From positions 68,925 through 132,924 of the forward strand of contig JAKMXF010000353.1 in NCBI GenBank assembly GCA_024704765.1: a stretch of 64,000 nt of DNA, written 5' to 3'. The translations under genes were made by a program, and so were the position numbers. The stretch comes from Oopsacas minuta. Taxonomy: Eukaryota > Animalia > Porifera. The notes beneath the pieces are model-generated. The model had not been told where the DNA came from, searched no databases, and was given only the letters and a program-made list of their open reading frames with translations. Positions 32,948 through 43,521 of the stretch are shown here, piece after piece. Numbering within the stretch: position 1 is the stretch's first letter; the number at the start of each line of letters is the position of its first letter.

Positions 32948-34435
32948 TTATAGTAAAATTACAAATATTTCAAGATCAACCCCATCATCTCTTATAAATT
33001 CTTCTTTTAAGATAGGGATATCAGCAATATCTTCACTGCTACCACCTTTCTGCTTTATTTCTATGATACCACTTTTAGATTCCCACGTGACATTGGGGAC
33101 GCTAGGGCTAAATATACGAAATATGAATTTGACTTTGACTTTATATAATTCCTGGCGTGGGTAACGAATACTTATTGAGCCATATTTTGAAACCCTTAAG
33201 GTGAAGTTAAACTCATCAACTTGAAATTCCTGCTGCTGGCCATTTTGGAATCGGTAAGAGAAATAATTGTAATAGCTGGAGGATCTACCATCAACCACCT
33301 TCTCAATTCTCCATTCTAATTTAGAGGAATTTGTGATGGAAAATAGCGCAGCTAATTGTCGTTCAATAGTTTCGTTCTGCTTGTTAATCATTTCGCTCTG
33401 TTGCATAACAATCTCTTCCATAGCACTGAGTTTCAATTCTGTGTGTTCAGTCCTCTTCTCCTTCAAATGTTGATTGAGTTTCTTCCTCTTGATTAGTCCT
33501 ACTTCACACTTGTACTTTATAAACGGACACTCTACCTTCTTCTCTACACACTCCTCCTCTAGGTGTTGTGCCATGTCCTCACGATAAGCCACTGTGCCAC
33601 ATTCTAGTTCACATGTCAGTCGTATCTTGGGACACTCTTCTAGATGGTTAGGCATAGCACAAGCTTTGAAATCTTTCTGGCAATGTTTACATGGTATTTT
33701 ACGTTGTACACACATTGTATTTACATGTATATCGAGTTCATCACGTGGTAGCTCTATTCCACATCCTAGTTTGCATTTCTCTACCACACGACCACAATCT
33801 TTCTTTAGGTGTTGTGCCATATCCTCGCGACACATCACTGTGCCACATTTTTGTTCACATGTCATTCGTATTTTCGGGCATTTTTTGAGGTGGTTAGACA
33901 TGTCACAAACTCTAAAATCTTTCTTGCAATGCTCACAAGATATTTGACGAAAATTACACTTCTCGCTGACATGTATTTTTAGCTCATGACGTGATAACAC
34001 TATCTTACATTCTAGTTTGCATTTCTCATAAACATGTCTACACACATCAAGATGGTTCTCACATTCTCCTAGTGTTCCTAGCCATTCACAACCACGCTTT
34101 TGTAAGGGACACGAGCATTTGAGAGAGAGGACTGTGTCCCTCACGTGTGTATTAGGACTGGTTTGCTCATAGCTACGATACGAGATGTATAATTCTTCAT
34201 GATTCCTACAACACTCACAAAATTGTTCCCCACTAGTTGATATGCAAGCCTCTCTTAGTATTCCCTTACAACGTTTACAAACAAGGAGTGCAATCTCTCT
34301 GTGCGTCAATTTTTCAGTTAGAATATCCTTCCTATAACCTCGATATTCTCCTTCCTTTCCTTGGACTCGACACAAATCCCTCCCTATTTCGGATACGAGT
34401 TGTTTTGTATTCCCTTCAACACGCTTAGTTGCCAT
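32948..34435 (-). CDS. TRAF-like protein 1 (degenerate RING, tandem TRAF Zn fingers, coiled coil, divergent MATH), 495 aa
   Basis: Intact single-exon ORF; CPL..RGCEWLG..ECENHL..C finger, repeated C..C...H...C fingers, MATH start LEWRI and end FIRDDGVDLEIFV. Confidence 0.9.
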   Translation of the reverse strand: MATKRVEGNTKQLVSEIGRDLCRVQGKEGEYRGYRKDILTEKLTHREIALLVCKRCKGILREACISTSGEQFCECCRNHEELYISYRSYEQTSPNTHVRDTVLSLKCSCPLQKRGCEWLGTLGECENHLDVCRHVYEKCKLECKIVLSRHELKIHVSEKCNFRQISCEHCKKDFRVCDMSNHLKKCPKIRMTCEQKCGTVMCREDMAQHLKKDCGRVVEKCKLGCGIELPRDELDIHVNTMCVQRKIPCKHCQKDFKACAMPNHLEECPKIRLTCELECGTVAYREDMAQHLEEECVEKKVECPFIKYKCEVGLIKRKKLNQHLKEKRTEHTELKLSAMEEIVMQQSEMINKQNETIERQLAALFSITNSSKLEWRIEKVVDGRSSSYYNYFSYRFQNGQQQEFQVDEFNFTLRVSKYGSISIRYPRQELYKVKVKFIFRIFSPSVPNVTWESKSGIIEIKQKGGSSEDIADIPILKEEFIRDDGVDLEIFVILL

Positions 34436-36985
34436 TTCTTACTTTCAATTCACTTTTTTTAACATAAATACATTATACTTAATATACCTCGGGGTATCAC
34501 ATGGAAATAGTAACCAGATACACACGTTAGTGCCTATACTATATATGTTACAACTCTATTTTTACCAATTATTCGTACGATAGAGAGCTCTCTAAAATAG
34601 GATTAACATAACTTTCGGGGCATAAAGCCAAAAATTCAGTTGTAGCATTTCCCCTTAATGTTATGGTATAGGGCGCCGAACGCGAACCTTCTAACAGTTT
34701 GAACTATCCCCCGGGTTCCGTGCATTGTGTGAAAATTAAATATTCCTTCAGCTTAGTTCTTCATTCTAATTTAGTGGTATACATTAGCTAAGTACTGAGA
34801 TGAATCTATCAGAGATGATGGGAATGATCTTGAAATATTATACAGGTGTCTAAAGGTGTGAAATATTCATATAGGTACAAGTAGATGTCACTAAGAGTAC
34901 ACATGCCAAATTTGGTGTCTTAATCTCTTAAGGTGTTAATAGTGAGCGAGTACATGTATACTATGTCAACCATTTAGAACTGAGCCACTGTACTAATAGT
35001 GTTTGTTGGTACAATAATAATTATCAATCTAAAATCTACATCGTTACTTGTGCTAAATTATTTACAAAATACAAATAATTCGAGTTCGATCTCGTCATCT
35101 CTGACAAAATCAGGCTTAACTTCAGATTTGGGGAATCTAACAACTTCCCTTTTGAGTTTAGAACTCTGATAATCTTTTTTGTTCACCTCTATCATTTCAC
35201 CTTTAAAATCCTTTGTGCCTTTTGGGTTGCTATGACAAACCAGACGAGCTACGAATTCAGCTATGAAAGGCCATTTTAGTGAAAAATAACCCCATCCATC
35301 CTTAGGGAGGAATAAAATCTGTATTGAATCAGCATCGCAAGAAAACTGAATTTCAAAATTATATCCATCAATTTGAGATTGTTTTTTAACTGTAGGATGA
35401 TTGGAACCCAATTTATAACATATGCTGTCTATTCGCCATTCTACTTTAGCAGCTCTAGCGATTGTAAATAAAGTTCGCTTCAAATCTCCAGCTTCAGTTT
35501 CTAACACTTGAACTGTGTGAGTAAGTAGTTTCACTTCATTACTCTGTTGCATAATAATCTCTTCCATAGCACTGAGTTTCAATTCTGTGTGTTCAGTCCT
35601 CTTCTCCTTCAAATGTTGATTGAGTTTCTTCCTCTTGATTAGTCCTACTTCACACTTGTACTTTATAAACGGACACTCTACCTTCTTCTCAACACACTCC
35701 TCCTCTAGGTGTTGTGCCATGTCCTCACGATAAGCCACTGTGCCACATTCTAGTTCACATGTCAGTCGTATCTTGGGACACTCTTCTAGATGGTTAGGCA
35801 TAGCACAAGCTTTGGAATCTTTCTGGCAATGTCTACATGGTATTTTACGTTGTACACACATTGTATTTACATGTATATCGAGTTCATCACGTGGTAGCTC
35901 TATTCCACATCCTAGTTTGCATTTCTCTACCACACGACCACAATCTTTCTTTAGGTGTTGTGCCATATCCTCGCGACACATCACTGTGCCACATTTTTGT
36001 TCACATGTCATTCGTATTTTCGGGCATTTTTTGAGGTGGTTAGACATGTCACAAACTCTGAAACCTTTCTTGCAATGCTCACAAGATATTTCACGAAATG
36101 TACACTCTTCTCTTATATGTATGGATAGCTCATGACATGGTAACACTATATCACATCCTAGTTTGCATTTCTCATGAACATGACTACACAAATGAAGATG
36201 GTTCTCACATTCTGCCAGAGTTCCTAGCCATTCACAACCACGCTTTTGTAAGGGACATGAGCACTTGAGTGAGTTGACAGTGTTCCTCACGTGTATATTC
36301 GGACTTATTTGTTCATACCTAGGGTATACGTTGCCAACTTCTTCATGATTCCTACAACACTCACAAAATTGTTCCCCACTAGTTGATATGCAAGCCTTCC
36401 TCATAATTCCCTTACAACGTTTACAAACCAAGAGTGCAATCTCTCTGTGTGTCAATTTTTCAGTTAGAATATCCTTCCTATAACCTCGGTATTCTCCTAC
36501 CTTTCCTTGGACTCGACACAAATCCCTCCCTATTTCAGCTACGAGTTGTTTTGTATTCCCTTCAACACGCTTAGTTGCCATTTCTTACTTTCGATTCACT
36601 TTTTTAACATAAATACATTATACTTAATATACCTCGGGGTATCACATGGAAATAGTAACCAGATACACACGTTAGTGCCTATACTATATATGTTACAACT
36701 CTATTTTTACCAAGTATTCATACGATAGAGAACTCTCTAAATAAGATGATCATAACTTTCGGGGCATAAAGCCAAAAATTCAGTTGTAGCATTTCCCCTT
36801 AATGTTATGGTATAGGGCGCCAGACGCGAACCTTCTAACAGCTTGAACTATCCCCCGAGTTCCGTGCATTGTGTGAAAACTAAATATTCCCTCGGCGTAA
36901 TTCTTCATTCTAATTTAGTGGTATACATTGGCTAAGTACTGAGATGAATCTATCAGAGATGATGGGAATGATCTTGAAATATTTC
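33398..36985. repeat. Tandem duplication, period about 2.15 kb (33398-34840 vs 35544-36985)
   Basis: Coding and upstream non-coding sequence align almost base for base. Confidence 0.9.
35058..36581 (-). CDS. TRAF-like protein 2, 507 aa
   Basis: Near-identical to locus 1 up to MQQS; different MATH with LKWPF and DFVRDDEIELELFV. Confidence 0.9.
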   Translation of the reverse strand: MATKRVEGNTKQLVAEIGRDLCRVQGKVGEYRGYRKDILTEKLTHREIALLVCKRCKGIMRKACISTSGEQFCECCRNHEEVGNVYPRYEQISPNIHVRNTVNSLKCSCPLQKRGCEWLGTLAECENHLHLCSHVHEKCKLGCDIVLPCHELSIHIREECTFREISCEHCKKGFRVCDMSNHLKKCPKIRMTCEQKCGTVMCREDMAQHLKKDCGRVVEKCKLGCGIELPRDELDIHVNTMCVQRKIPCRHCQKDSKACAMPNHLEECPKIRLTCELECGTVAYREDMAQHLEEECVEKKVECPFIKYKCEVGLIKRKKLNQHLKEKRTEHTELKLSAMEEIIMQQSNEVKLLTHTVQVLETEAGDLKRTLFTIARAAKVEWRIDSICYKLGSNHPTVKKQSQIDGYNFEIQFSCDADSIQILFLPKDGWGYFSLKWPFIAEFVARLVCHSNPKGTKDFKGEMIEVNKKDYQSSKLKREVVRFPKSEVKPDFVRDDEIELELFVFCK

Positions 36986-37209
36986 GTAATCATAAATATA
37001 CAAATCTGTTTACTAGATAATTGACTATTTGCTCAAAGTATGTATACATGTATATTTGTTAATATAATAAAATCTCAAATGTATTTTGAGCACATGACGT
37101 GGTAACACTAGCTCACAGTCTTGTTATCTACTGTATTATTGAATACCAAGTAATTAACTAACAGCAATATACATATGTATTAATAACAGGTAAATAGTAA
37201 TAAATATGT

Positions 37210-38491
37210 TTAAAGTAAAGTTACAAATATTTCAAGATCTATATCTCTGGTGAATTCTTTTCTTGCAGGGATTGTAGCAATAACATAACTTTCGCTACCT
37301 TTTGCTTTATTTCTATTATATTACTTTTAGATTCCCAAATGACATCAGGCTTGCTAGGACTAATAATACGAAATATAAATTTGACTTTGACTTTAGATAA
37401 TTCCTGTCGCGGGTAATTGATATATGTATATTGAGCCATGAATTAGCTGTAAAATAAAGTTAAACCTATCAACTTGAAATTGTTGGGAAGTTGAGTGATT
37501 GTAATCTGTCATAGAATTTACCACGTTTTGAATTCTCCATTCTAACTTAGTGGTATTGGTGATGGAAAGTAGCGTTTTAAATTGTCCGTTCTGTTTAGTA
37601 ATCATTTCGCTCTGTTGCATAACAATCTCTTCCATAGCACTGAGTTTCAATTCTGTGTGTTCAGTCCTCTTCTCCTCCAAATGTTGATTGAGTTCCTTCC
37701 TCTTGATTAGTCCTACTTCACACTTGTACTTTATAAACGGACACTCTACCTTCTTCTCTACACACTCCTTCTCTAGGTGTCGTGCTATGTCCTCACGATA
37801 AGCCACTGTGCCACATCCTAGTTCACATGATAGTGGCATTTTTTGCACTTTTTATTGTGGTAAAACATTTCACACGCTTTGAAATCTATGTGACAGTACT
37901 CACAAGGTATCATTCGTCGTACGCACTCATCATTCACATGCATACCGAGCTCATCACGAGGTAGCTCTATTCTACATCCTAGTTTGCAATGCTCTATCAC
38001 ACGACGACAAAGAGATATCACAAACTTTGAAATCATGCTTACAATGCTCACAGGGTATTTTACGATACAAACACGTTTCTTTCATATCAATATTGAGCTC
38101 ATGACGTGGTAACCCTATTTCATATCCTAGTTTGCATTTCTCATGAACATAGCCGCACACATTGAGATGGTTCTCACATTCTCCTAGTGTTCCAAGCCAT
38201 TCACAACCTCGATTATACGAGGGACACGAAGACTTGAGTGAGAGGACTGTTTTACTTACATGTGCATTTTGGTGTTTCTGTTCCCCCTTTCTGGTACAAC
38301 AGGAACAAAATTCATTGACAACGCTTACAAACCAGGAGTGCAAGCACTCTTTCTGACATATTTTCAGTTATAATATCTGTTCTATAACCTAGAGATTTTC
38401 CTCCCTCTGCTCTGACTAAATACAATTCCCTCGCTATTTCGGGCACGTTCTCATCTGGTTCTTGATAAATTTCAACACGCTTAGCTGCCAT
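37210..38491 (-). pseudogene. TRAF-like locus 3, disrupted
   Basis: ATG at 38491; deletion in RING gives CKRCQ-TGA; further frameshifts split the fingers and MATH across ORFs 37972-38343, 37818-38051, 37393-37848, 37239-37439. Confidence 0.85.
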
Positions 38492-39453
38492 TTCTTACAA
38501 AAATACACTTCTTGGTATATTGTTAATTATTCGCCCAGGGTATCTCATGAAAATAGTAACCAGATACTTCAGTTCCTAGTCTACTATATTCCCATATATT
38601 TATATGATTATATCGCTATATACATTTTCAGTGTTTGTCTATCACCCCGATGATCGTTCCTGGAGAATGAACACAAATTAGAATGAAAATACGCCATACA
38701 ACATCGAAAAGGTACTATCCCAAAAATAACTAATCTAATTATCATTTTGTAGACCAATAAAACCTATATCAACAGTTTGGGGCATTGTTTAAACAATGTC
38801 CAGGAAAAAAACTGATCAACACAATAATAGACGGGCTACACACATAAGATTATTCTCAAACTAGTAATACTCAAAGAGGTGTTCATCGTGGGAACGATCA
38901 TCTCCCGTTAGATAAACTCAATTTTCATGGGTAGATGAATTTGTTGACATTATTGATTCTAAGCTTGGAAGGTATTTATGTAGATCAGACGTATATACTA
39001 GTAAAATACACCTTGTAGCTGAATTACATTGATTATATGGGGAAATTATGACAATATTTGTGGGTTGCCATATCAGATGCAGGAAGTGGAGCTGAATCAT
39101 GTTTTCACTAACAGTAACAGAGGTCTAATATAATAACGTCTAAGTGATGAGCTGATTAACCGTAGCTAATAAATACTCTACAAATTCTGTATATTTGTAT
39201 GCATTAACAGATAACCTCTGATGCTGTGAATTTATCCACAGCCTTAAGTGCCTGATTACAAACACAACGTGATACTCACTTATCTCTAACTAATTATTAA
39301 TTCATTGATTGATTAGATATGTTGAAATAGCGGATTTGTCTTTTGGAGATGATTCACAATTATTATTATTATTATGCCAGTCATTACGATATCTCATTAC
39401 AATCTTTATGTATTGAATTGATTTATAACCAAGCAATGAATGTATTATAAGAA

Positions 39454-41406
39454 ATGGCAACTGAATCCGTGGAATATCTCGAACCCGAGATAGGTAAATC
39501 TTTGTGTCGAGTCAGAAGACAAAATGGAAATTTGGGTGGTTATAGGACAGATCTTTTGGTTGAAAATATTTCAAAGACAGATATGGCTGCATTGGTTTGT
39601 AAGCGTTGCCAAGGAATCTTAAGAAAGGCATATTTTTCGGCTACTAGCGGCGAGCATTTTTGTAAATGTTGTAAGAATTTGCTGGAACCAGCAGAGCCAA
39701 ACGAACAAGTGAGGAAAATAGTCCACTCACTGAAAAGCTCGTGTCCTTTATACGACAGAGGTTGTGAAGGAATAGGAAAGCTGGGAAAATGTGCGAAGCA
39801 TCTCACTATATGTGAGTTTGTTTATGAACAATGCGAACTAGGCTGTGAGATAGTGTTACCACGTCATGAGCTCAAAATACATATGAGAGAACATTGTGCA
39901 CAACGTGAAATTACCTGTGAGTATTGTGATCAATATTTCAAAGTGTGTGATATGGGTTACCATATGAATCAGTGTGACAAAATGCAACTAACAAGTGAGC
40001 TGGGATGTGACACAGCGATGTGTCGTGAGGATATGGCACAACACTTAGAGAAATATTGTCGTCGTGTGATAGAGCATTGCAAACTAGGTTGTGGAATTGA
40101 GTTACCACGTGATGAGCTCGAGATGCATATGAATAATGAGTGTGTACAACATATGATACCTTGTAAGCATTGTAAGAGAGATTTCAAAGTTTGTGACATG
40201 CGTAACCATTTGGAAGAGTGCCCAAAAATGCTACTAAATTGTGAACTAAAATGTGGCACAGTGATGTGTCGCGAGGATATGCCACATCATTTAGAGAAAG
40301 ATTGTGGTCGTGTGATAGAGCATTGCAAACTATACTGTGGAATAGTGTTACCACGTGAGGAACTGAAAATTCATATGAAGGAAAAGTGTGAATATCGTAA
40401 AGTAGCATGTGAGGATTGCAAGAAAGATTTCGAATTTTGTGATATGTTAATACACCAACCAAAATGTCCAAAGGTTCGACTGAAATGTAAAGAAGGATGT
40501 GGCACAACCGTGGATCGTGAGGATATGGCACAACATCTAGAGAAAGATTGTGGTCGTGTGGTAAGGAGATGCAAACTAAGATATGGAAAAATAGTACCAC
40601 GTGATGAACTCAATATTCATATGAAGGAAAAGTGTGTACAACGTATGATACCTTGTGAGCATTGTAACATAGATTTCAAAGCTTGTAACATGTCTAACCA
40701 CAATAAAAAGTGCAAAAAAATGCCACTATCTTGTGAATTAGGATGTGGCACAACGGTGAGTCGCGAGAAAATGGCAAAACACATAGGGGAAGAATGTGTA
40801 GAGAAGAAGGTAGAGTGTCCGTTTATAAAGTACAAGTGTGAAGTAGGACTAATCAAGAGGAAGAAACTCAATCAACATTTGGAGGAGAAGAGGACTGAAC
40901 ACACAGAATTGAAACTCAGTGCTATGGAAGAGATTGTTATGCAACAGAGCGAAATGATTAGAAAATTTTCTAACAGATTTACAGCACTTTGTTCCATCAC
41001 CAAAACCACTAAACTCAAATGGAAAATTGGAAATATAAGAAATAATTTATCCTCCAACCTTTCTTTAACTTCTCCACTATATGAAGTTGCTGGATTCAAA
41101 TTCAATTTCAATTTATCGAGTTATGCCTCTATAAATATTCATTTCCCAAACCAGGAAACGTCCAAATTTGCTTCTGGCAAACTAAACTGGCCTTTCAAAG
41201 CAAAATTTCTATTTCGTTTGATTTGTCATAACGATCCAAATGGCACATTGGAATATAGAAGCAGAATTGAAATAAAGCAGAAAGATTGCAATAAATCTGG
41301 ATACATCAGTGATCCTGTTGCTCAAATAAATGCTGAACATGCAACTAATATGTACTATATGATAGATGGAGGGATTGATCTGGAGATATTTGTAATTTTA
41401 CAATAA
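39454..41406 (+). CDS. TRAF-like protein 4, 650 aa, four Zn-finger triplets
   Basis: Intact single-exon ORF; MATH with LKWKI, LNWPFKAKFLFRLICH, DGGIDLEIFVILQ. Confidence 0.9.
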   Translation: MATESVEYLEPEIGKSLCRVRRQNGNLGGYRTDLLVENISKTDMAALVCKRCQGILRKAYFSATSGEHFCKCCKNLLEPAEPNEQVRKIVHSLKSSCPLYDRGCEGIGKLGKCAKHLTICEFVYEQCELGCEIVLPRHELKIHMREHCAQREITCEYCDQYFKVCDMGYHMNQCDKMQLTSELGCDTAMCREDMAQHLEKYCRRVIEHCKLGCGIELPRDELEMHMNNECVQHMIPCKHCKRDFKVCDMRNHLEECPKMLLNCELKCGTVMCREDMPHHLEKDCGRVIEHCKLYCGIVLPREELKIHMKEKCEYRKVACEDCKKDFEFCDMLIHQPKCPKVRLKCKEGCGTTVDREDMAQHLEKDCGRVVRRCKLRYGKIVPRDELNIHMKEKCVQRMIPCEHCNIDFKACNMSNHNKKCKKMPLSCELGCGTTVSREKMAKHIGEECVEKKVECPFIKYKCEVGLIKRKKLNQHLEEKRTEHTELKLSAMEEIVMQQSEMIRKFSNRFTALCSITKTTKLKWKIGNIRNNLSSNLSLTSPLYEVAGFKFNFNLSSYASINIHFPNQETSKFASGKLNWPFKAKFLFRLICHNDPNGTLEYRSRIEIKQKDCNKSGYISDPVAQINAEHATNMYYMIDGGIDLEIFVILQ

Positions 41407-41712
41407 ACGTATTTGTTTAGTGAAAATACCATCAAAATATTTGTTGTAATTTGTGAATATTTCTTATGTGTATTACTATAATAATTCGCTAATTATTTTA
41501 GGATGTTTATTAGGTGTTAAATAAGTATTCGCCCAAATGTGAGCCATTAAGTCGTTCTATTCTGACCAAGTAAACCGATTACATGATACCCCATAGACTA
41601 TGAGGGTCAGGTATCCAACTAGATTTATCCAGCATTGCTAGGCACTAAAGTAAATATAATGTTACCCCAAGTATTTATAATCAAGAAATGATTTGATAAT
41701 GAATTTTATGAA

Positions 41713-43024
41713 ATGGCTGAGAAGTCCTTTGAAAATGAATCAAATGATCCAGAATTATTAATAGACGCAAAACAACTATTCCTACCCCAGATAGGAAGGG
41801 AGTTGTGTCGAGTCAGAGATTCGGACGTAATAGGCCCTAGGCACTACTCTGACATTGGAAGGGCAGTTGACAAGTTTAGTTCCCAATCTTCAAACGACAA
41901 CCGGATAGTTCACTTAAGCAAACAGGGTTCGGGAGAAGGACACGTAATCCGAGCAGATTCCCTTAATATAGGAGGGAGCCTAGGATGCAGATATAAATCA
42001 GACAGAGGAGAATTTCGAGGTTATAGGCAAGATATCCTAAAAGAAAATTTATCCAAAAGAGAGAGTACATTCCTGTTATGTAATCGTTGTAAAGGAATTA
42101 TGAGAGAGGCCTGCATATCATCTAACGGGGAACAATTTCGTGAGTGTTGTAGGAAACTCAGGCCACGTGACCTGTATGAATATACTAGCCTGAATACACA
42201 CGTCAGGAACACAATCCTCTCACTCAAGTGCTCATGTACTTCACACTTGTGCTTTATAAACGGACACTCTATCATCTTTTCAACACACTCCTCCTTTAGG
42301 TGTCGGGCCATGTCCTCACGACAAGCCACTGTGCCACATCCTAGTTCACATTTTAGTGGCATTGCGGGACACTTTCAATCAACATTTGGAGGAGAAGAGG
42401 ACTGAACACACAGAATTAAAACTCAGTGCTTTGGAAGAGATTGTTATGCAACAGTGCGAAATGATTAATGAACAGGGTGGAATTAATGATAAACAAAACG
42501 AATTGATATCGAAACAGGGCAAGGAGATAGAGGAACAAAAAGATTTGATTTCGAAACAGAAAGAGACATTAAATGAACAAAAGGATTTGAATTCTAAACA
42601 TAGAGAAAGGATTACAACACTACGTGCCGTCACTAAAACCACAATTGAAGCATGGAGAATTGAAAACTTGCGAGGTATTTTATTCTTGAACTCACCACCA
42701 TCTTATAAACCTTTTGAAGTTGTTGGTTTTAAACTCAATGTAGGCTTTTCAGATACTGTCTCAATAAGTATGCATTTCCCACCTCAGGTAGTCTCTCAAA
42801 CTAATAAACTAGAATGGCCTTTCAGGGCAATATTTGCAATTCGTTTGCTATGTCATATCAAGCCTTCTGATACCTGGGAATTCAGAAGTAAATTGATTGA
42901 AGTAAAGCATAAAGATTATACTAAGAAGCAGTACAGTTGTAAAATAGTTGAAATACCTGCAAATAATGGAATCTTTCTCAGAGATGGAGGAATTGATCTT
43001 CAAATATTTGTAATTTTACAATAA
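41713..43024 (+). pseudogene. TRAF-like locus 5: Zn-finger array deleted and last fingers inverted; possibly rescued by splicing
   Basis: Forward N-terminus to LKCSC (42237), antisense finger sequence about 42238-42374 (ORF 42021-42362), then open coiled coil plus MATH to 43024. Confidence 0.75.
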
Positions 43025-43338
43025 ATGAAGTTGTTTACTGGAAATACCATCCAATATTTGTTATAATATTTACAATATTTTGTTTGCTAATTTTATATAT
43101 TATCAAATTTTATTGTTGTTTGAAATAATTACATATTTCCTCAACTATGAGCGAAGAAAATCTCGTACGATTCCGGCCAAGTGAACTGATTGTACTTTCC
43201 GAATAGACTCTGGGTAACGGGCCGTTTAACCTTATGAATTTATCCACAGCCTTAAGTGTCTGATTACAAACTCAACATGATACTCTAAATAATGAATATG
43301 TTCATTGATAGATTAGATATTTTGAAATGGCGGATTTG

Positions 43339-43358
43339 TCTTTTGGAGATGATTCACA

Positions 43359-43385
<27 letters not shown>
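43339..43385. repeat. (TAT)n microsatellite, expanded relative to the paralogous tract near 39360
   Basis: Direct read; 39225-39400 and 43228-43435 are duplicated upstream blocks. Confidence 0.9.
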
Positions 43386-43405
<20 letters not shown>

Positions 43406-43521
43406 GCCAGTCATTACGATATCTCAGTACAATCTTCATCACTAAAGTATTTTGTTACAAATTTAAGGTTAAACTCAAATGATATATAATAAGAAATGAA
43501 CTGCTAATATAATAATATGAA

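Noticed and set aside
34436-34720. NF-kB or IRF-like sites upstream of TRAF-like genes
   Set aside because: Only partial matches (GGGGAAATGC, AAGTGAATTGAAAG), expected by chance in AT-rich DNA.
42238-42405. Novel C-terminal domain of ORF 41713-42405
   Set aside because: It is the antisense reading of the inverted Zn-finger fragment followed by an off-frame hub.
43292-43489. Poly-Tyr ORF
   Set aside because: Translation of a (TAT)n microsatellite.
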